From positions 1 to 64,000 of IMG/VR virus record IMGVR_UViG_3300024346_009227: DNA of 64,000 bases; one strand, 5' to 3'. Positions 17,684-27,473 of this stretch are shown here, in pieces; position 1 is the first letter of the stretch; each line of letters begins with the position of its first letter. The position numbers and the translations under genes are program-made. Under the pieces are notes generated by a model, which worked only from the letters and a program-made list of their open reading frames with translations, was not told the origin of the DNA and did no database searches. This stretch comes from a virus.

Positions 17684-18436
17684 ATGAAAAATCCAAAAGT
17701 TAGTTGTTATTGTGCAACATATGGAAGAGTGAGTTTACTTGAAGAATCAGTACACAGTTTTTTAATTCAAGACTATGATGGCGAAAAAGAATTAATAATA
17801 TTAAATGATTTCTCAGATCAAACAATTTATTTTGATCACCCACAAATAAAAATATACAATTACAAAAAAAAAGAAAGCTTGTTAGGAAAAAAATTTAATG
17901 ATTGTGTAAAATATTGTACTGGAGAAATACTTTTTCCTTGGGAAGATGATGATATTTATCTTTCAAATAAAATATCTTTTTCTGTAAATAAAATGATTTT
18001 AAATAAAACAAAAATATTTCACACTAGAAATGCTTTTTATGAATTAAATGCCGAAAATATAATGAATGCACTTAATTATTTCCAAGCTGATTTATTGTAT
18101 CATACTAATTTATGTATTTATAAAGACGCTTTTGAAAAAGCAGGAGGTTATTATGAATACGATGGAATTGATTTAGATGTAATATCAATGAATAGATTTT
18201 TTGCATCAGAAAAATATGTTAGTGAAAAAATAGATATAAAAGATTTTTTTTATTTATACAGATTATCTACTACAAATAGTTATCATGCAACTTGGTTAAG
18301 TCATGGAAAAGAAGGTATTTCTAAAGAGGCAGAAAAATATATAGAGGGTTTAAGAAAAGACATAGTTTTAGGTGATTATTATTTAAATCCACATTGGAAA
18401 TATGATTACGAATTTTTTTGTAGGAAAATTCATTAA
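17684..18436 (+). CDS. Glycosyltransferase family 2
   Basis: VSCYCATYGR, QDY, LIILND, WEDDDIY. Confidence 0.85.
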   Translation: MKNPKVSCYCATYGRVSLLEESVHSFLIQDYDGEKELIILNDFSDQTIYFDHPQIKIYNYKKKESLLGKKFNDCVKYCTGEILFPWEDDDIYLSNKISFSVNKMILNKTKIFHTRNAFYELNAENIMNALNYFQADLLYHTNLCIYKDAFEKAGGYYEYDGIDLDVISMNRFFASEKYVSEKIDIKDFFYLYRLSTTNSYHATWLSHGKEGISKEAEKYIEGLRKDIVLGDYYLNPHWKYDYEFFCRKIH

Positions 18437-19200
18437 TCAATTAATTTTAATAATCCATGCTGTATATCATAAGTTTTATCTTTATTTTCTAACATCTGAA
18501 GCAAAAAAGCATTTATATCTAATTTTGTATTTCTAGTTTCTCCAATTCCACCCTTGTCACTAATTAAAAATTTAAAGTCTTCTGTCAAAACTGTTTTGTC
18601 TGGTGGATTAAAATGAAAATAAGAATTTATATAACTTTCATCATTTACTGGTGGTTCATAATTAATTTTTTTATCTTCTATTTGATATCCTCTTAATGTC
18701 TTGCAAAAATCTATAACCCTTTCTTTTGTACCACCAAAAAAAGCACCATAATAATAAGTATATTTTAACTTGCTATCTAAAGGAACATAGGATTTTCCAA
18801 TTTCATTTCTATCAAAACCTTTTCCATCAGATAACCAAGAACGATTTCCATAATGTTCCCCGCCCACAAGCTCACCTAAAAACCATGACTCATCAAAATC
18901 CTTATCTATATTTGTATCTGCATCAAAATAATAAATAAAATCACAATCTTCATTTTCAATTTTAATTATATTTTTAAATTTTGAATTAGTTCCTTCATGC
19001 CAATGATCATGCTTATCTTCTATATAATTGACATTTACATTAGGTAAATACATAGTTGGATCTAAATCAGAAAACAAATAAAATTTTATTTTAAATTTTC
19101 CTTTGTAATAATGATTAAATTTTTTAACAAATCTTAATCCAAGAATAAAATACGAATTTGTACAAACAATACAAATTGCAATTGTTTTTTCTTGATCCAT
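18433..19200 (-). CDS. Glycosyltransferase family 6 (ABO/alpha-1,3-Gal/GalNAc transferase-like)
   Basis: YYFDAD, YYYGAFFGG, NDESYINSYF match GT6 motifs; start MDQEK after GGAG. Confidence 0.82.
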   Translation of the reverse strand: MDQEKTIAICIVCTNSYFILGLRFVKKFNHYYKGKFKIKFYLFSDLDPTMYLPNVNVNYIEDKHDHWHEGTNSKFKNIIKIENEDCDFIYYFDADTNIDKDFDESWFLGELVGGEHYGNRSWLSDGKGFDRNEIGKSYVPLDSKLKYTYYYGAFFGGTKERVIDFCKTLRGYQIEDKKINYEPPVNDESYINSYFHFNPPDKTVLTEDFKFLISDKGGIGETRNTKLDINAFLLQMLENKDKTYDIQHGLLKLID

Positions 19201-19320
19201 AATTTTTCTCCATAAAAATTCATTGTGATTGATCAAGATATAATATCAACTTAAATAAAAATTACTATTGAAACATGTTTAAAAATAAGTAAGATTTTGA
19301 TCTGTCTTATCATTGTTATG

Positions 19321-19409
19321 GGTGTATTTATATCCGCTGGTAATCGCCAGTATTACATACCTTTAGAGTTCCGCTTATCCTTGCGATCAGCAGGGAAGAT
19401 GGGGTTTTT
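19321..19409 (+). promoter_or_regulatory. Promoter motif GGTGTATTTATAT plus structured 5' leader of nrdJ
   Basis: Hairpins 19336-19351 and 19378-19396; the second can extend over the GGGG ahead of ATG 19410. Confidence 0.45.
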
Positions 19410-21701
19410 ATGTCAATTAAAGAATTGCAAAAATATACTGCTGTTTCTAAGTACGCTAGATGGATAGAGTCTGAAAAAAGACGAGAAACTTGGGATGAAA
19501 GCGTAGATAGAATAAAAGATATGATGATTGAAGTTAATCCTTCCTTGCATGAAGATATTGAAAAATATTATGGGATGATTAAAAATCAAAAAATATTAGG
19601 TTCACAAAGAGCATTACAATTTGGTGGAAAACCAATCCTTAAACATAACGCAAGAATATTTAATTGTTCTGCTAGTTATTGCGATAGATTAAGATTTTTT
19701 CAAGAATGTTTTTATTTATTGCTTTGCGGATCTGGAACTGGGTTTAGTGTACAAAAACACCATGTCGAATTATTACCAAAATTTTCATCCACTAGACTAG
19801 ATCCAGAAACATGTTGTTATCAACATCTTGTTCACAGGGTTGAAGATTCAATTGAAGGTTGGGCAGATGCTCTTGGCGTTCTTCTTTCCTCATATTTTGA
19901 AACTCCAATAAAAGGGTTTGAAAAATACAAAGATATTGAAGTTGCATTTAGTTATGTAGATATAAGAGAAAAGGGTTCTCCTTTGGGTTGTGGCATAGGC
20001 AATGCTCCAGGCCATGAACCTTTACAGAAAGCTTTAGAAAATATTGAGGCTTTACTTAAAAGGTGCATTGCAAATGGACAGACAGAATTACGAACAATAG
20101 ATGCATTTGACATAGTTATGTTTACTGCTGATGCTGTTATCTCTGGCGGTGTTCGTAGATCTGCAACTATAGCCTTGTTCTCTGCTGATGACGAGTTGAT
20201 GATCAATGCAAAGACTGGCGATTGGTATTTTACTAATCCACAAAGGGCTAGAGCAAACATCTCTGCCCTGCTTCATAGAAAACACACCAGTAAAGAAGTG
20301 TTTGAAAATCTTTTTAAAGCAACAAAAGAGTTTGGTGAGCCAGGATTTTTCTTTGCTGATTTTTACGATGTCTTATGCAATCCATGCTGTGAGATATCAT
20401 GGATAACTAGGCACTTCTATAAGAAGAACAGTCCAGAACTAGCCGAGGCTTTGTCATTATATGAAGGACCAATAACAACAAAAGAGTCATGCAAAGATGA
20501 CATGCCAGAAGATGAGGTCGGTCTTTCTGGTTGGGGATTCTGCAATTTATCAACCATTAATGGAAAAACAATAACTTCAGAAGAAGACTTCTACGAAAGA
20601 TGTGCTGCTGCTGCGTTTATTGGTACATTACAAGCATCTTTTACCAATTTTCCATACTTGGGTCATGTTACAGAACTTATCGCTCGTAAAGAGGCATTAT
20701 TGGGCGTTTCAATTAATGGTATGCAGCATCATCCAAAAATACTTTTAAATCCAGAAATTCAGCAGAAAGGTGCTGAGATAGTAAAGAATACAAATAAAAA
20801 GTACGCCTCTATTTTAAACATAAACCCTGCTGCCAGAACGACTTGTGTCAAACCAGAAGGCAATTCTGCTGCTTTATTAGGTTCAACATCAGGCATTCAT
20901 CCAGATCATAGCAGGAGGTATTTCCGTATTGTCCAAGCTAACCAGCTTGAATCTCCTTATCAACACTTTAAAACCATTAATCCTCAAGCATGTGAAGAAT
21001 CTGTATGGTCATCTAATAAAACAGATGATTGTATAAGGTTTTGTGTGCAAAGCCAAGATGGCACAGTACTTAAGGAAGAAATAAATGCTATATCTATGTT
21101 GGACAATGTTGTTTCAACATATAAAAATTGGGTAGTTTCTGGTAAAAATCCAGAGCTTTGCATTAGAAAAGAACTAAATCACAATGTGTCTAATACAATA
21201 CATGTACAAGATGATGAGTGGGATAAGGTAAAAGATTATATTTATGATCATCGTGCAGATCTTGCTGGAATATCGCTTATAGCTTCTAGTGGAGATAAAG
21301 ATTATAATCAAGCACCATTTACAGCAGTTTATTCAATTGAAGAACAAATAAAAAATTGGGGTTTTGAAGCTACATCTATGGCTTATGAAATATACCCAAA
21401 ATTTTCTGAGTATAGCTTTAATTCTTTGTGGGATTCATGTTCTTGTGTTCTTGGTTATTTTGAACCAAAAGATAAGAAGCAAGAATCTTGGAAAATCATA
21501 GTGCAAAAATATGCAGACGAATATTTTTCTTCTAATATTAAGTACGCTACATACGCACTTAAAGATGCATATAACTTAGACTTATGGAATAAATTAGTAG
21601 ATAGTTATTCAGAAGTAAATTATTTAAATGTTTTAGAAGAAAAATCTACAATAAATATACAAGGCGAACTGGCTTGTGCTGGCGGTGCGTGTTTATTATG
21701 A
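19410..21701 (+). CDS. nrdJ: Class II (adenosylcobalamin-dependent) ribonucleotide reductase
   Basis: KYAR, RRETW, FNCS, GGVRRSA, NPCCEI, FCNL, TCVKPEGN, C-terminal CAGGAC; no adjacent beta subunit. Confidence 0.9.
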   Translation: MSIKELQKYTAVSKYARWIESEKRRETWDESVDRIKDMMIEVNPSLHEDIEKYYGMIKNQKILGSQRALQFGGKPILKHNARIFNCSASYCDRLRFFQECFYLLLCGSGTGFSVQKHHVELLPKFSSTRLDPETCCYQHLVHRVEDSIEGWADALGVLLSSYFETPIKGFEKYKDIEVAFSYVDIREKGSPLGCGIGNAPGHEPLQKALENIEALLKRCIANGQTELRTIDAFDIVMFTADAVISGGVRRSATIALFSADDELMINAKTGDWYFTNPQRARANISALLHRKHTSKEVFENLFKATKEFGEPGFFFADFYDVLCNPCCEISWITRHFYKKNSPELAEALSLYEGPITTKESCKDDMPEDEVGLSGWGFCNLSTINGKTITSEEDFYERCAAAAFIGTLQASFTNFPYLGHVTELIARKEALLGVSINGMQHHPKILLNPEIQQKGAEIVKNTNKKYASILNINPAARTTCVKPEGNSAALLGSTSGIHPDHSRRYFRIVQANQLESPYQHFKTINPQACEESVWSSNKTDDCIRFCVQSQDGTVLKEEINAISMLDNVVSTYKNWVVSGKNPELCIRKELNHNVSNTIHVQDDEWDKVKDYIYDHRADLAGISLIASSGDKDYNQAPFTAVYSIEEQIKNWGFEATSMAYEIYPKFSEYSFNSLWDSCSCVLGYFEPKDKKQESWKIIVQKYADEYFSSNIKYATYALKDAYNLDLWNKLVDSYSEVNYLNVLEEKSTINIQGELACAGGACLL

Positions 21702-21796
21702 TAAGAACTAGTTTAAAAAAACCAAAAAGATGTTCTTGTAGGATTAAAAAGCTTAAAAAGGAAAAAAGGAAAAATGTTAAAAAGAGGAACCCTTAA
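21698..21796 (+). CDS. Possible very basic 32-aa peptide
   Basis: ATGA overlap with the nrdJ stop; MIRTSLKKPKRCSCRIKKLKKEKRKNVKKRNP. Confidence 0.35.
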   Translation: MIRTSLKKPKRCSCRIKKLKKEKRKNVKKRNP

Positions 21797-22643
21797 GGCA
21801 TTTGGTGCTCCATTTAACATTGAGCATTCCAGTTGTTCAAACATTAAACCAACACTATTTGATTGGACAAAAAGCGATTCAGATATAGAAGTCTTTATAG
21901 ATTATTCTATAGTTCAAGAATCATTTTCTATTCCCAAAAAACAATCTGTGCTTAGAGTTGGTTGGTTATGTGAATCCGTTACAATTTATGGCAATCTTTA
22001 TGAATACATAAAATATAACTACAAGAATATCTTCTCTTCTTTGGATTTTGTTTTCACATCTGATAAGTATCTATTGTCATTAGATCCAAGATTTAAGTTT
22101 GCCTATTCTTGCAGCAATATACCTTGGACACCAAGAGAGTTTTGGGGCATTTACCCAAAAACAAAAAAATGTTCAATGATTTGTTCAAACAAAAAGTCTT
22201 GCAAAGAACATCTATACAGACACTCAGTTGCTCAAATATATAAAGATAAAGTCGATATTTATGGTGGTGCTTTTGATTCTCCGTACACTGGAGAAAAATA
22301 CGACAACTTTTATAAAAAAGAAAATGCTTTAAAAGACTACATGTTTTCTATAGTAATACAAAATAATTTTAATTCTTATTTTTTTGCCGAAATGCTAACT
22401 GATTGTTTTGCTTACGGAACGATACCAATATACTTAGGCAATCCAGAAATAGGAAACTTTTTTGATGAAAACGGAATAATACAATACAAAGGTGGATTTG
22501 ATATTGGTACTTTAAACGAAGAATTGTATAATAGTAAAATGAATGCAATCAATAACAATCTAGAAAGAATAAAATCAATGCCCATGTCTGATGACTATCT
22601 ATATGAACAATGCACTAATATATATAGAGGTAATTATGAATGA
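21774..22643 (+). CDS. GT10 (fucosyltransferase-like) glycosyltransferase
   Basis: SMICSNK, H-x-x-R, DIYG, KDYMFSIVIQN, YFFAEMLTDCF-x-x-GTIPIYLG. Confidence 0.75.
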   Translation: MLKRGTLKAFGAPFNIEHSSCSNIKPTLFDWTKSDSDIEVFIDYSIVQESFSIPKKQSVLRVGWLCESVTIYGNLYEYIKYNYKNIFSSLDFVFTSDKYLLSLDPRFKFAYSCSNIPWTPREFWGIYPKTKKCSMICSNKKSCKEHLYRHSVAQIYKDKVDIYGGAFDSPYTGEKYDNFYKKENALKDYMFSIVIQNNFNSYFFAEMLTDCFAYGTIPIYLGNPEIGNFFDENGIIQYKGGFDIGTLNEELYNSKMNAINNNLERIKSMPMSDDYLYEQCTNIYRGNYE

Positions 22644-22875
22644 GTCATTTCAAAATGGTGATGTTGTTTGTTTGAAGTCTGGAAGTATGCCAATGACTGT
22701 TGTTAACACAAATAAAGAAACTAATGAAATTTTAGTTGCTTATTTTGATTTAGATGCAAATGTTATGCGTGATGGTTTTCCACCAGAAGCACTTGAGTTT
22801 ACTCACGATTCTTGGAAGATGAAATATTGTGTTGATTTACATGACGATGATGAAGAAGAAGAGGGTGGATTTTAA
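22636..22875 (+). CDS. DUF2158/YodC-like small protein
   Basis: FQNGDVVCLKSGSMPMTV, FPPEAL. Confidence 0.75.
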   Translation: MNESFQNGDVVCLKSGSMPMTVVNTNKETNEILVAYFDLDANVMRDGFPPEALEFTHDSWKMKYCVDLHDDDEEEEGGF

Positions 22876-22876
22876 T

Positions 22877-23242
22877 ATGCCAACCTACGAATACATATGT
22901 GAAAATTGCAATGCTTTAACAGAACAGTTTCGTACCTTTGCAGAAGGGCATTTAGAAAAATGCCCAACTTGTAAAAAAAACAAATTGGTTCAAGTGTTTT
23001 CTGGTGGAATAATGAGTTATGTTAAAGGTGGAGAAACATTGGGTCAGATAAGCGAACAAAATTTTAAAAGAGAGGGTGGAAAAATAAAAGAAAAGATTGC
23101 AAAGGAAAAAGAAGAAGCAGATAATAAGCTTCCTTGGTGGAGATCAGGAAAAGTAAAAGGTCTTGAAAAACAAGACAAGATACTAAATGTTGATAAGATT
23201 AAGAACATTAGGAAATACATAGACAAAGGAGAAAAAAAATGA
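22877..23242 (+). CDS. FmdB-family zinc-ribbon protein
   Basis: MPTYEYICENC and CPTC. Confidence 0.8.
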   Translation: MPTYEYICENCNALTEQFRTFAEGHLEKCPTCKKNKLVQVFSGGIMSYVKGGETLGQISEQNFKREGGKIKEKIAKEKEEADNKLPWWRSGKVKGLEKQDKILNVDKIKNIRKYIDKGEKK

Positions 23243-23589
23243 GTAAGCTTAAACAAGAAGACGAAAAAGAAAAACCAAAAGAAGGTTTAGTAGATGGTGG
23301 ACATGTGATTATAAAATGCAGCAATTGCGATAAACCATTAGTAGATGTTTTGATTGTAAAGCCAAATGAAAAAAAGAGTGATGGAACACCATTTGTTTGG
23401 CAATGTGTAGCAGAATGCTGTTATTGTAACGATAAAAGCTTTATTACAGAAGTAAAAGGAATATTTCGTGCTGCTGGAATTATTGTTGAAAACAAAGAAA
23501 ATCCAGAGCACTATACTGGAATTACAAATTTAGATGATATTGTAATTGACGATGAAAATATTTTATTTAAAACTTCTAGGAGAAAGTAA
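23239..23589 (+). CDS. Zinc-ribbon hypothetical protein
   Basis: CSNC and CCYC. Confidence 0.65.
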   Translation: MSKLKQEDEKEKPKEGLVDGGHVIIKCSNCDKPLVDVLIVKPNEKKSDGTPFVWQCVAECCYCNDKSFITEVKGIFRAAGIIVENKENPEHYTGITNLDDIVIDDENILFKTSRRK

Positions 23590-23933
23590 TGGAAATTTAC
23601 AATGATCCAGAAATAAAATCATATGGATATGATAAAGATGCAAACGATATAGATCCTAATGAAGCTTTCTGTTTGGCTAAAAAATCATTAGATATAAGCA
23701 ACAACACTTATTCTTACTGGGTTAAAATGTGCCTTTCATCTTTTAGTCCAAGCAAATTATTTGATCCAGAAACAGATCTTGTTGAAGAACTAAGAAGATT
23801 TGATAACTATACTGGAAAAAACAAGTATCACTATAGAAAAGTTAGTGAAGAGTGTTTTAATCATTATATTTCATATCTTACAACAAAAAAAACATCTTTT
23901 ATTAGAAACGCAGACAGGAGTGCCATAGCATGA
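23589..23933 (+). CDS. Hypothetical protein
   Basis: TAATG-coupled ORF. Confidence 0.65.
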   Translation: MEIYNDPEIKSYGYDKDANDIDPNEAFCLAKKSLDISNNTYSYWVKMCLSSFSPSKLFDPETDLVEELRRFDNYTGKNKYHYRKVSEECFNHYISYLTTKKTSFIRNADRSAIA

Positions 23934-24217
23934 AAAATAAAAAGTTTGTTATTGACGAAGTGAAAGAGTTTTATATAAAGTCAAACTCACACTTACAAAC
24001 AATTGAATCTATAGCAGAAAAAGTTGGTGCTAAGATTGAAGATATTCAAGAACTATACAATTCTTCAAAAACCAAAGCATCCAATGCGTTTCAAGTTTAT
24101 AGCGGAACAGTCTCTATGACTGAAAAACAAGGTGTTGCAGATGACATGAATGCTAAAAAAGATAATATTAACCATGAATTCTTAGATAGATATAAGAATA
24201 CAAGGCACAAAATATGA
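23930..24217 (+). CDS. Hypothetical protein, possible helix-turn-helix
   Basis: TIESIAEKVGAKIEDI. Confidence 0.6.
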   Translation: MKNKKFVIDEVKEFYIKSNSHLQTIESIAEKVGAKIEDIQELYNSSKTKASNAFQVYSGTVSMTEKQGVADDMNAKKDNINHEFLDRYKNTRHKI

Positions 24218-24630
24218 TTTGTACTAAAGAAGACGATTTTATTTTTGAAAAGCCTAGATGGATAGCTGTACTTTCTGATGGTACAAAAGTCTATCAAGAT
24301 GATGATAGGCCAAACTTAGAAATAAATTCTGCTTGGATTAGATTAAAAAAACATATAATTACTACTGGATTAAAGATTACAAAGCTTTACTTTCAGTTTA
24401 GATCTAATTTTTTTGAACCTTTTCCAGAGAACGCACAAGGTTATTATTTTTCAAATGGGGTAATTGGACAGTTATCATCTGACTATTCCATAAATCTTTT
24501 TGTTTCTGGCGAAATAATTGGCAATGTTGCACGAATAAAGAGTATAAAGGTTCCTGAGTTAATAGTAATAAATGAAGAAGATAGGATCTTAGAAAATCTT
24601 TCTATAGATCCAGTAATAATGAATGATTAA
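24214..24630 (+). CDS. Hypothetical protein
   Basis: W-x-x-x-LSDG-x-x-VYQDD-x-RP, SAWIRLK; ATGA-coupled. Confidence 0.65.
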   Translation: MICTKEDDFIFEKPRWIAVLSDGTKVYQDDDRPNLEINSAWIRLKKHIITTGLKITKLYFQFRSNFFEPFPENAQGYYFSNGVIGQLSSDYSINLFVSGEIIGNVARIKSIKVPELIVINEEDRILENLSIDPVIMND

Positions 24631-24632
24631 TT

Positions 24633-25064
24633 ATGGCAAAACAAAGAAGTGACGATAGCAAATACGAATCCAGACATGGTGGTGGTTGGATTACTCCAGC
24701 ACAATTCTTAGCTGAAGTTATGTGCGAAAGAACAGCCAAAGAAAACCTAGAAGAATTACCTATTAAGTTTTGGAACAAACCAAGATGGAAAAAGGAATTT
24801 TTCAAACAATTAAATTTAGCCAATATAATCTTAAAAGATCATGATGCAGCAGTTGTATCTAAAGCACTTAGATCTAAAGAAGGCAAAAAGATATTTTCAT
24901 TAGGTGCTCCTTGGCTTAAGAAGTTAATTATCTTGGAAGAAAAAAGCTTTAAAGAAATTTCAAGCTTGACTGAATCAAAAGAAGCTGTAGAACTTCCAAT
25001 TAGAAAAACCTTTCAGCAATCTAAATCTTTAATTAAAAGAATAAAGGAACTAGACAATGAGTGA
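24633..25064 (+). CDS. Hypothetical protein
   Basis: ORF directly upstream of recA. Confidence 0.65.
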   Translation: MAKQRSDDSKYESRHGGGWITPAQFLAEVMCERTAKENLEELPIKFWNKPRWKKEFFKQLNLANIILKDHDAAVVSKALRSKEGKKIFSLGAPWLKKLIILEEKSFKEISSLTESKEAVELPIRKTFQQSKSLIKRIKELDNE

Positions 25065-27078
25065 CAATCTTGAAAAAATCTTAAAAGAAGTAGATAAACA
25101 GTATGGCAAAGGTGTTGCTATAAATGCTAACGACTTATTGGATGAAGAAAAACATGTAATACCTTTATCTCCAGCATTAAACTTGGGTTTGCATGGTGGA
25201 ATACCAGAAGGTTCTTGGATCACATGCTCTGGACACCCAAAAAGTGGGAAAGAACAACCTGTCTCTGCCATAGTTTATACAGCTAATGGGCCAAAAAGAA
25301 TTGGCGATATCACATATGGAGAAATGATTTGTTGCCCAAACGGAACAACATCTATGGTTTGTGGTATTTATCCACAAGGCGTAAAAGATGTTTACACAGT
25401 AACATTTTCAGATGGATCAACAGCAGAGTGCGGAGAAAATCACTTATGGAATATAAAAACTAGAGAACAAAAATCTTATAAAACTGTAATGTTAAAAGAT
25501 TTTATGAACAAAATATATATAGGCAAAAGCACTAAAGCTAAGTATTCAATACCAATAACAGCACCAGCAAAATTTAATCCGATTAAGATTCCAATAAACC
25601 CATTTGTATTTGGTGCTTTGCTTACTGTTGGATTTTTTAATAAAAAAATTACTGCATTGATTGAGGATGAAAAGCTTCGTGATCGCATTTGCGATCTAAT
25701 GAATGGAGCCAAGATACTTTACACAAAACAAGAAAATCAATTAACAATAAACATACATGATGAGTTAAGAGAGCTAGGTCTTCTTGGTAAAAAAACATCT
25801 CAAAAATTTATACCACCAAATTATTTATATAATTCAGTAGAAAACAGAATGTCTTTACTGCAAGGGATACTCAGCTTTGCACATATAACAAAAACAGAAA
25901 CTCCAATTGTTACAGTTTCATCAAAGCAATTTGCTGAAGACTTTAGGCTATTAGTTCAGTCTCTAGGTGGAATATGTTTAATATCTAGACATCAAAACAA
26001 TGAAGACAACTTTATTTATTATTGTTCTATTATCATTAAAAATAAAAAGAAGTTATTTGAATTTAAAAAAGAAAAGTTTAAAAAGAAAGATGTAAAAAAC
26101 AATTTATCCAGAAAAATAATATCTGTAGTAAAAACAAGAAGAGAACAAAGTGTTTGTATCTCAGTTAGAGATAAAAGCGGTTTGTATTTAACAGACAACT
26201 TTGTTGTAACTCATAACACGCTTACCTCACTATCTTTTGCTGCTCAATGTCAAAAACCAGAGAATGGTTCTAGACATGTGTATTATCTAAACATTGAAGG
26301 TCGATTAAAGCCTATGAATCTAAGGGGCATAGCTGGCTTAGATTTGAATAAAATGACAATCTATAGATCTACTCAAGATAAGATTCTTACCGCAAAGGAC
26401 TACCTAAATCTGGCCTTTAAAGCCATCAATACCCATCCAGGTAGCCTGATCATTATAGATAGCGTTTCTGCTCTATGTGATGAGAAGGAAATGGATCAAG
26501 GTATTGGCTATGAGAATAGAGGGGCTGGTAATAAGCTTTTTGCTGGTTTTTGTAGACAAGCAGCTAATATAGTACCAGTACAAAACTGTATGGTTTGGGC
26601 GATTATGCATCTAACGCAATCTCAAGGTATGTATGGTGGTTATACAGAAAAGGGTTCTAGAACATTGCAATATCAGGCAGATGTTCAAATGAGGGTAAAG
26701 TCTGATAAGCCTTGGACTGTTGGTGGTGAAGGAAAAGACAAGCAAATTGGTCAGCAAGTGCATTGGCTAATTGAATCTTGTTCTTTAGGGTCACCAGGAA
26801 TGGAAGTAGATAGTTATATAAGATATGGTATTGGAATAGATAATACATACGAAGCAATTAATTTAGGTTGTCAGCTTGGCCTTATAAACAAAGCTGGTGC
26901 TTGGATGACATTAGATTTTATGGAAAGACATTTAAAGCTACTGAAAGCTGAAGCTTGGGATGATGCTACTATTAAGTTAGTTAAAACTCAAGGTGCAGAA
27001 AAAATGTATAAATTATTGTTAGAAAATCCTAAGTGGATTGCTGCTCTAGAAAAAGAAATTAAGGCTATTATATCGTGA
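25057..27078 (+). CDS. recA: RecA-family recombinase containing an intein
   Basis: GGIPEG, split Walker A GHPKSGK/TLT, IIIDSVSAL Walker B, KAGAW; 351 aa after removing the intein. Confidence 0.9.
   Translation: MSDNLEKILKEVDKQYGKGVAINANDLLDEEKHVIPLSPALNLGLHGGIPEGSWITCSGHPKSGKEQPVSAIVYTANGPKRIGDITYGEMICCPNGTTSMVCGIYPQGVKDVYTVTFSDGSTAECGENHLWNIKTREQKSYKTVMLKDFMNKIYIGKSTKAKYSIPITAPAKFNPIKIPINPFVFGALLTVGFFNKKITALIEDEKLRDRICDLMNGAKILYTKQENQLTINIHDELRELGLLGKKTSQKFIPPNYLYNSVENRMSLLQGILSFAHITKTETPIVTVSSKQFAEDFRLLVQSLGGICLISRHQNNEDNFIYYCSIIIKNKKKLFEFKKEKFKKKDVKNNLSRKIISVVKTRREQSVCISVRDKSGLYLTDNFVVTHNTLTSLSFAAQCQKPENGSRHVYYLNIEGRLKPMNLRGIAGLDLNKMTIYRSTQDKILTAKDYLNLAFKAINTHPGSLIIIDSVSALCDEKEMDQGIGYENRGAGNKLFAGFCRQAANIVPVQNCMVWAIMHLTQSQGMYGGYTEKGSRTLQYQADVQMRVKSDKPWTVGGEGKDKQIGQQVHWLIESCSLGSPGMEVDSYIRYGIGIDNTYEAINLGCQLGLINKAGAWMTLDFMERHLKLLKAEAWDDATIKLVKTQGAEKMYKLLLENPKWIAALEKEIKAIIS
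25252..26217 (+). mobile_element. Class 3-type intein (322 aa) with degenerate LAGLIDADG domain
   Basis: Starts EQPVS, block B CGENHLW, block F VCISV, ends FVVTHN before Thr+1. Confidence 0.88.
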
Positions 27079-27473
27079 AAGTAATAGGTCTTGATGGTAA
27101 AACTTACTCTTGGACTTCTGGCAATGTTCCAGATCATGATGATTCTAAACCTAGATCTTCATTGCATTTATTGGCTAGATCTATGCTTAAAGCAATGTAT
27201 CCAATGGACAGAATCTTAGAAGAAGCAACTTTGCCTGGTTCTGGAGGTTTAGCAGCAGACTTTTGGTTGCCATTGAGGAAAACAATAGTTGAAGTTCATG
27301 GGGAACAACACTACAAATTCATACCCTTTTTTCATAATACAATGTTGAACTTTTATCATTCCAAAAAAAATGATAAAAATAAAATAGAGTGGTGTGAAAA
27401 AAACAACATTTACCTTATAGAGTTACCATTCAATGAATCAGAACAACAATGGCGAAAAAGAATTGAAGGTTAG
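27075..27473 (+). CDS. Vsr/DUF559-like endonuclease
   Basis: ADFWLP, VEVHGEQHY, D-x-x-K-x-x-WC. Confidence 0.75.
   Translation: MKVIGLDGKTYSWTSGNVPDHDDSKPRSSLHLLARSMLKAMYPMDRILEEATLPGSGGLAADFWLPLRKTIVEVHGEQHYKFIPFFHNTMLNFYHSKKNDKNKIEWCEKNNIYLIELPFNESEQQWRKRIEG

Noticed and set aside
19321-19409. Canonical cobalamin riboswitch
   Set aside because: Only a GGGAAG fragment is present and the region looks too short; kept as an unclassified structured leader.
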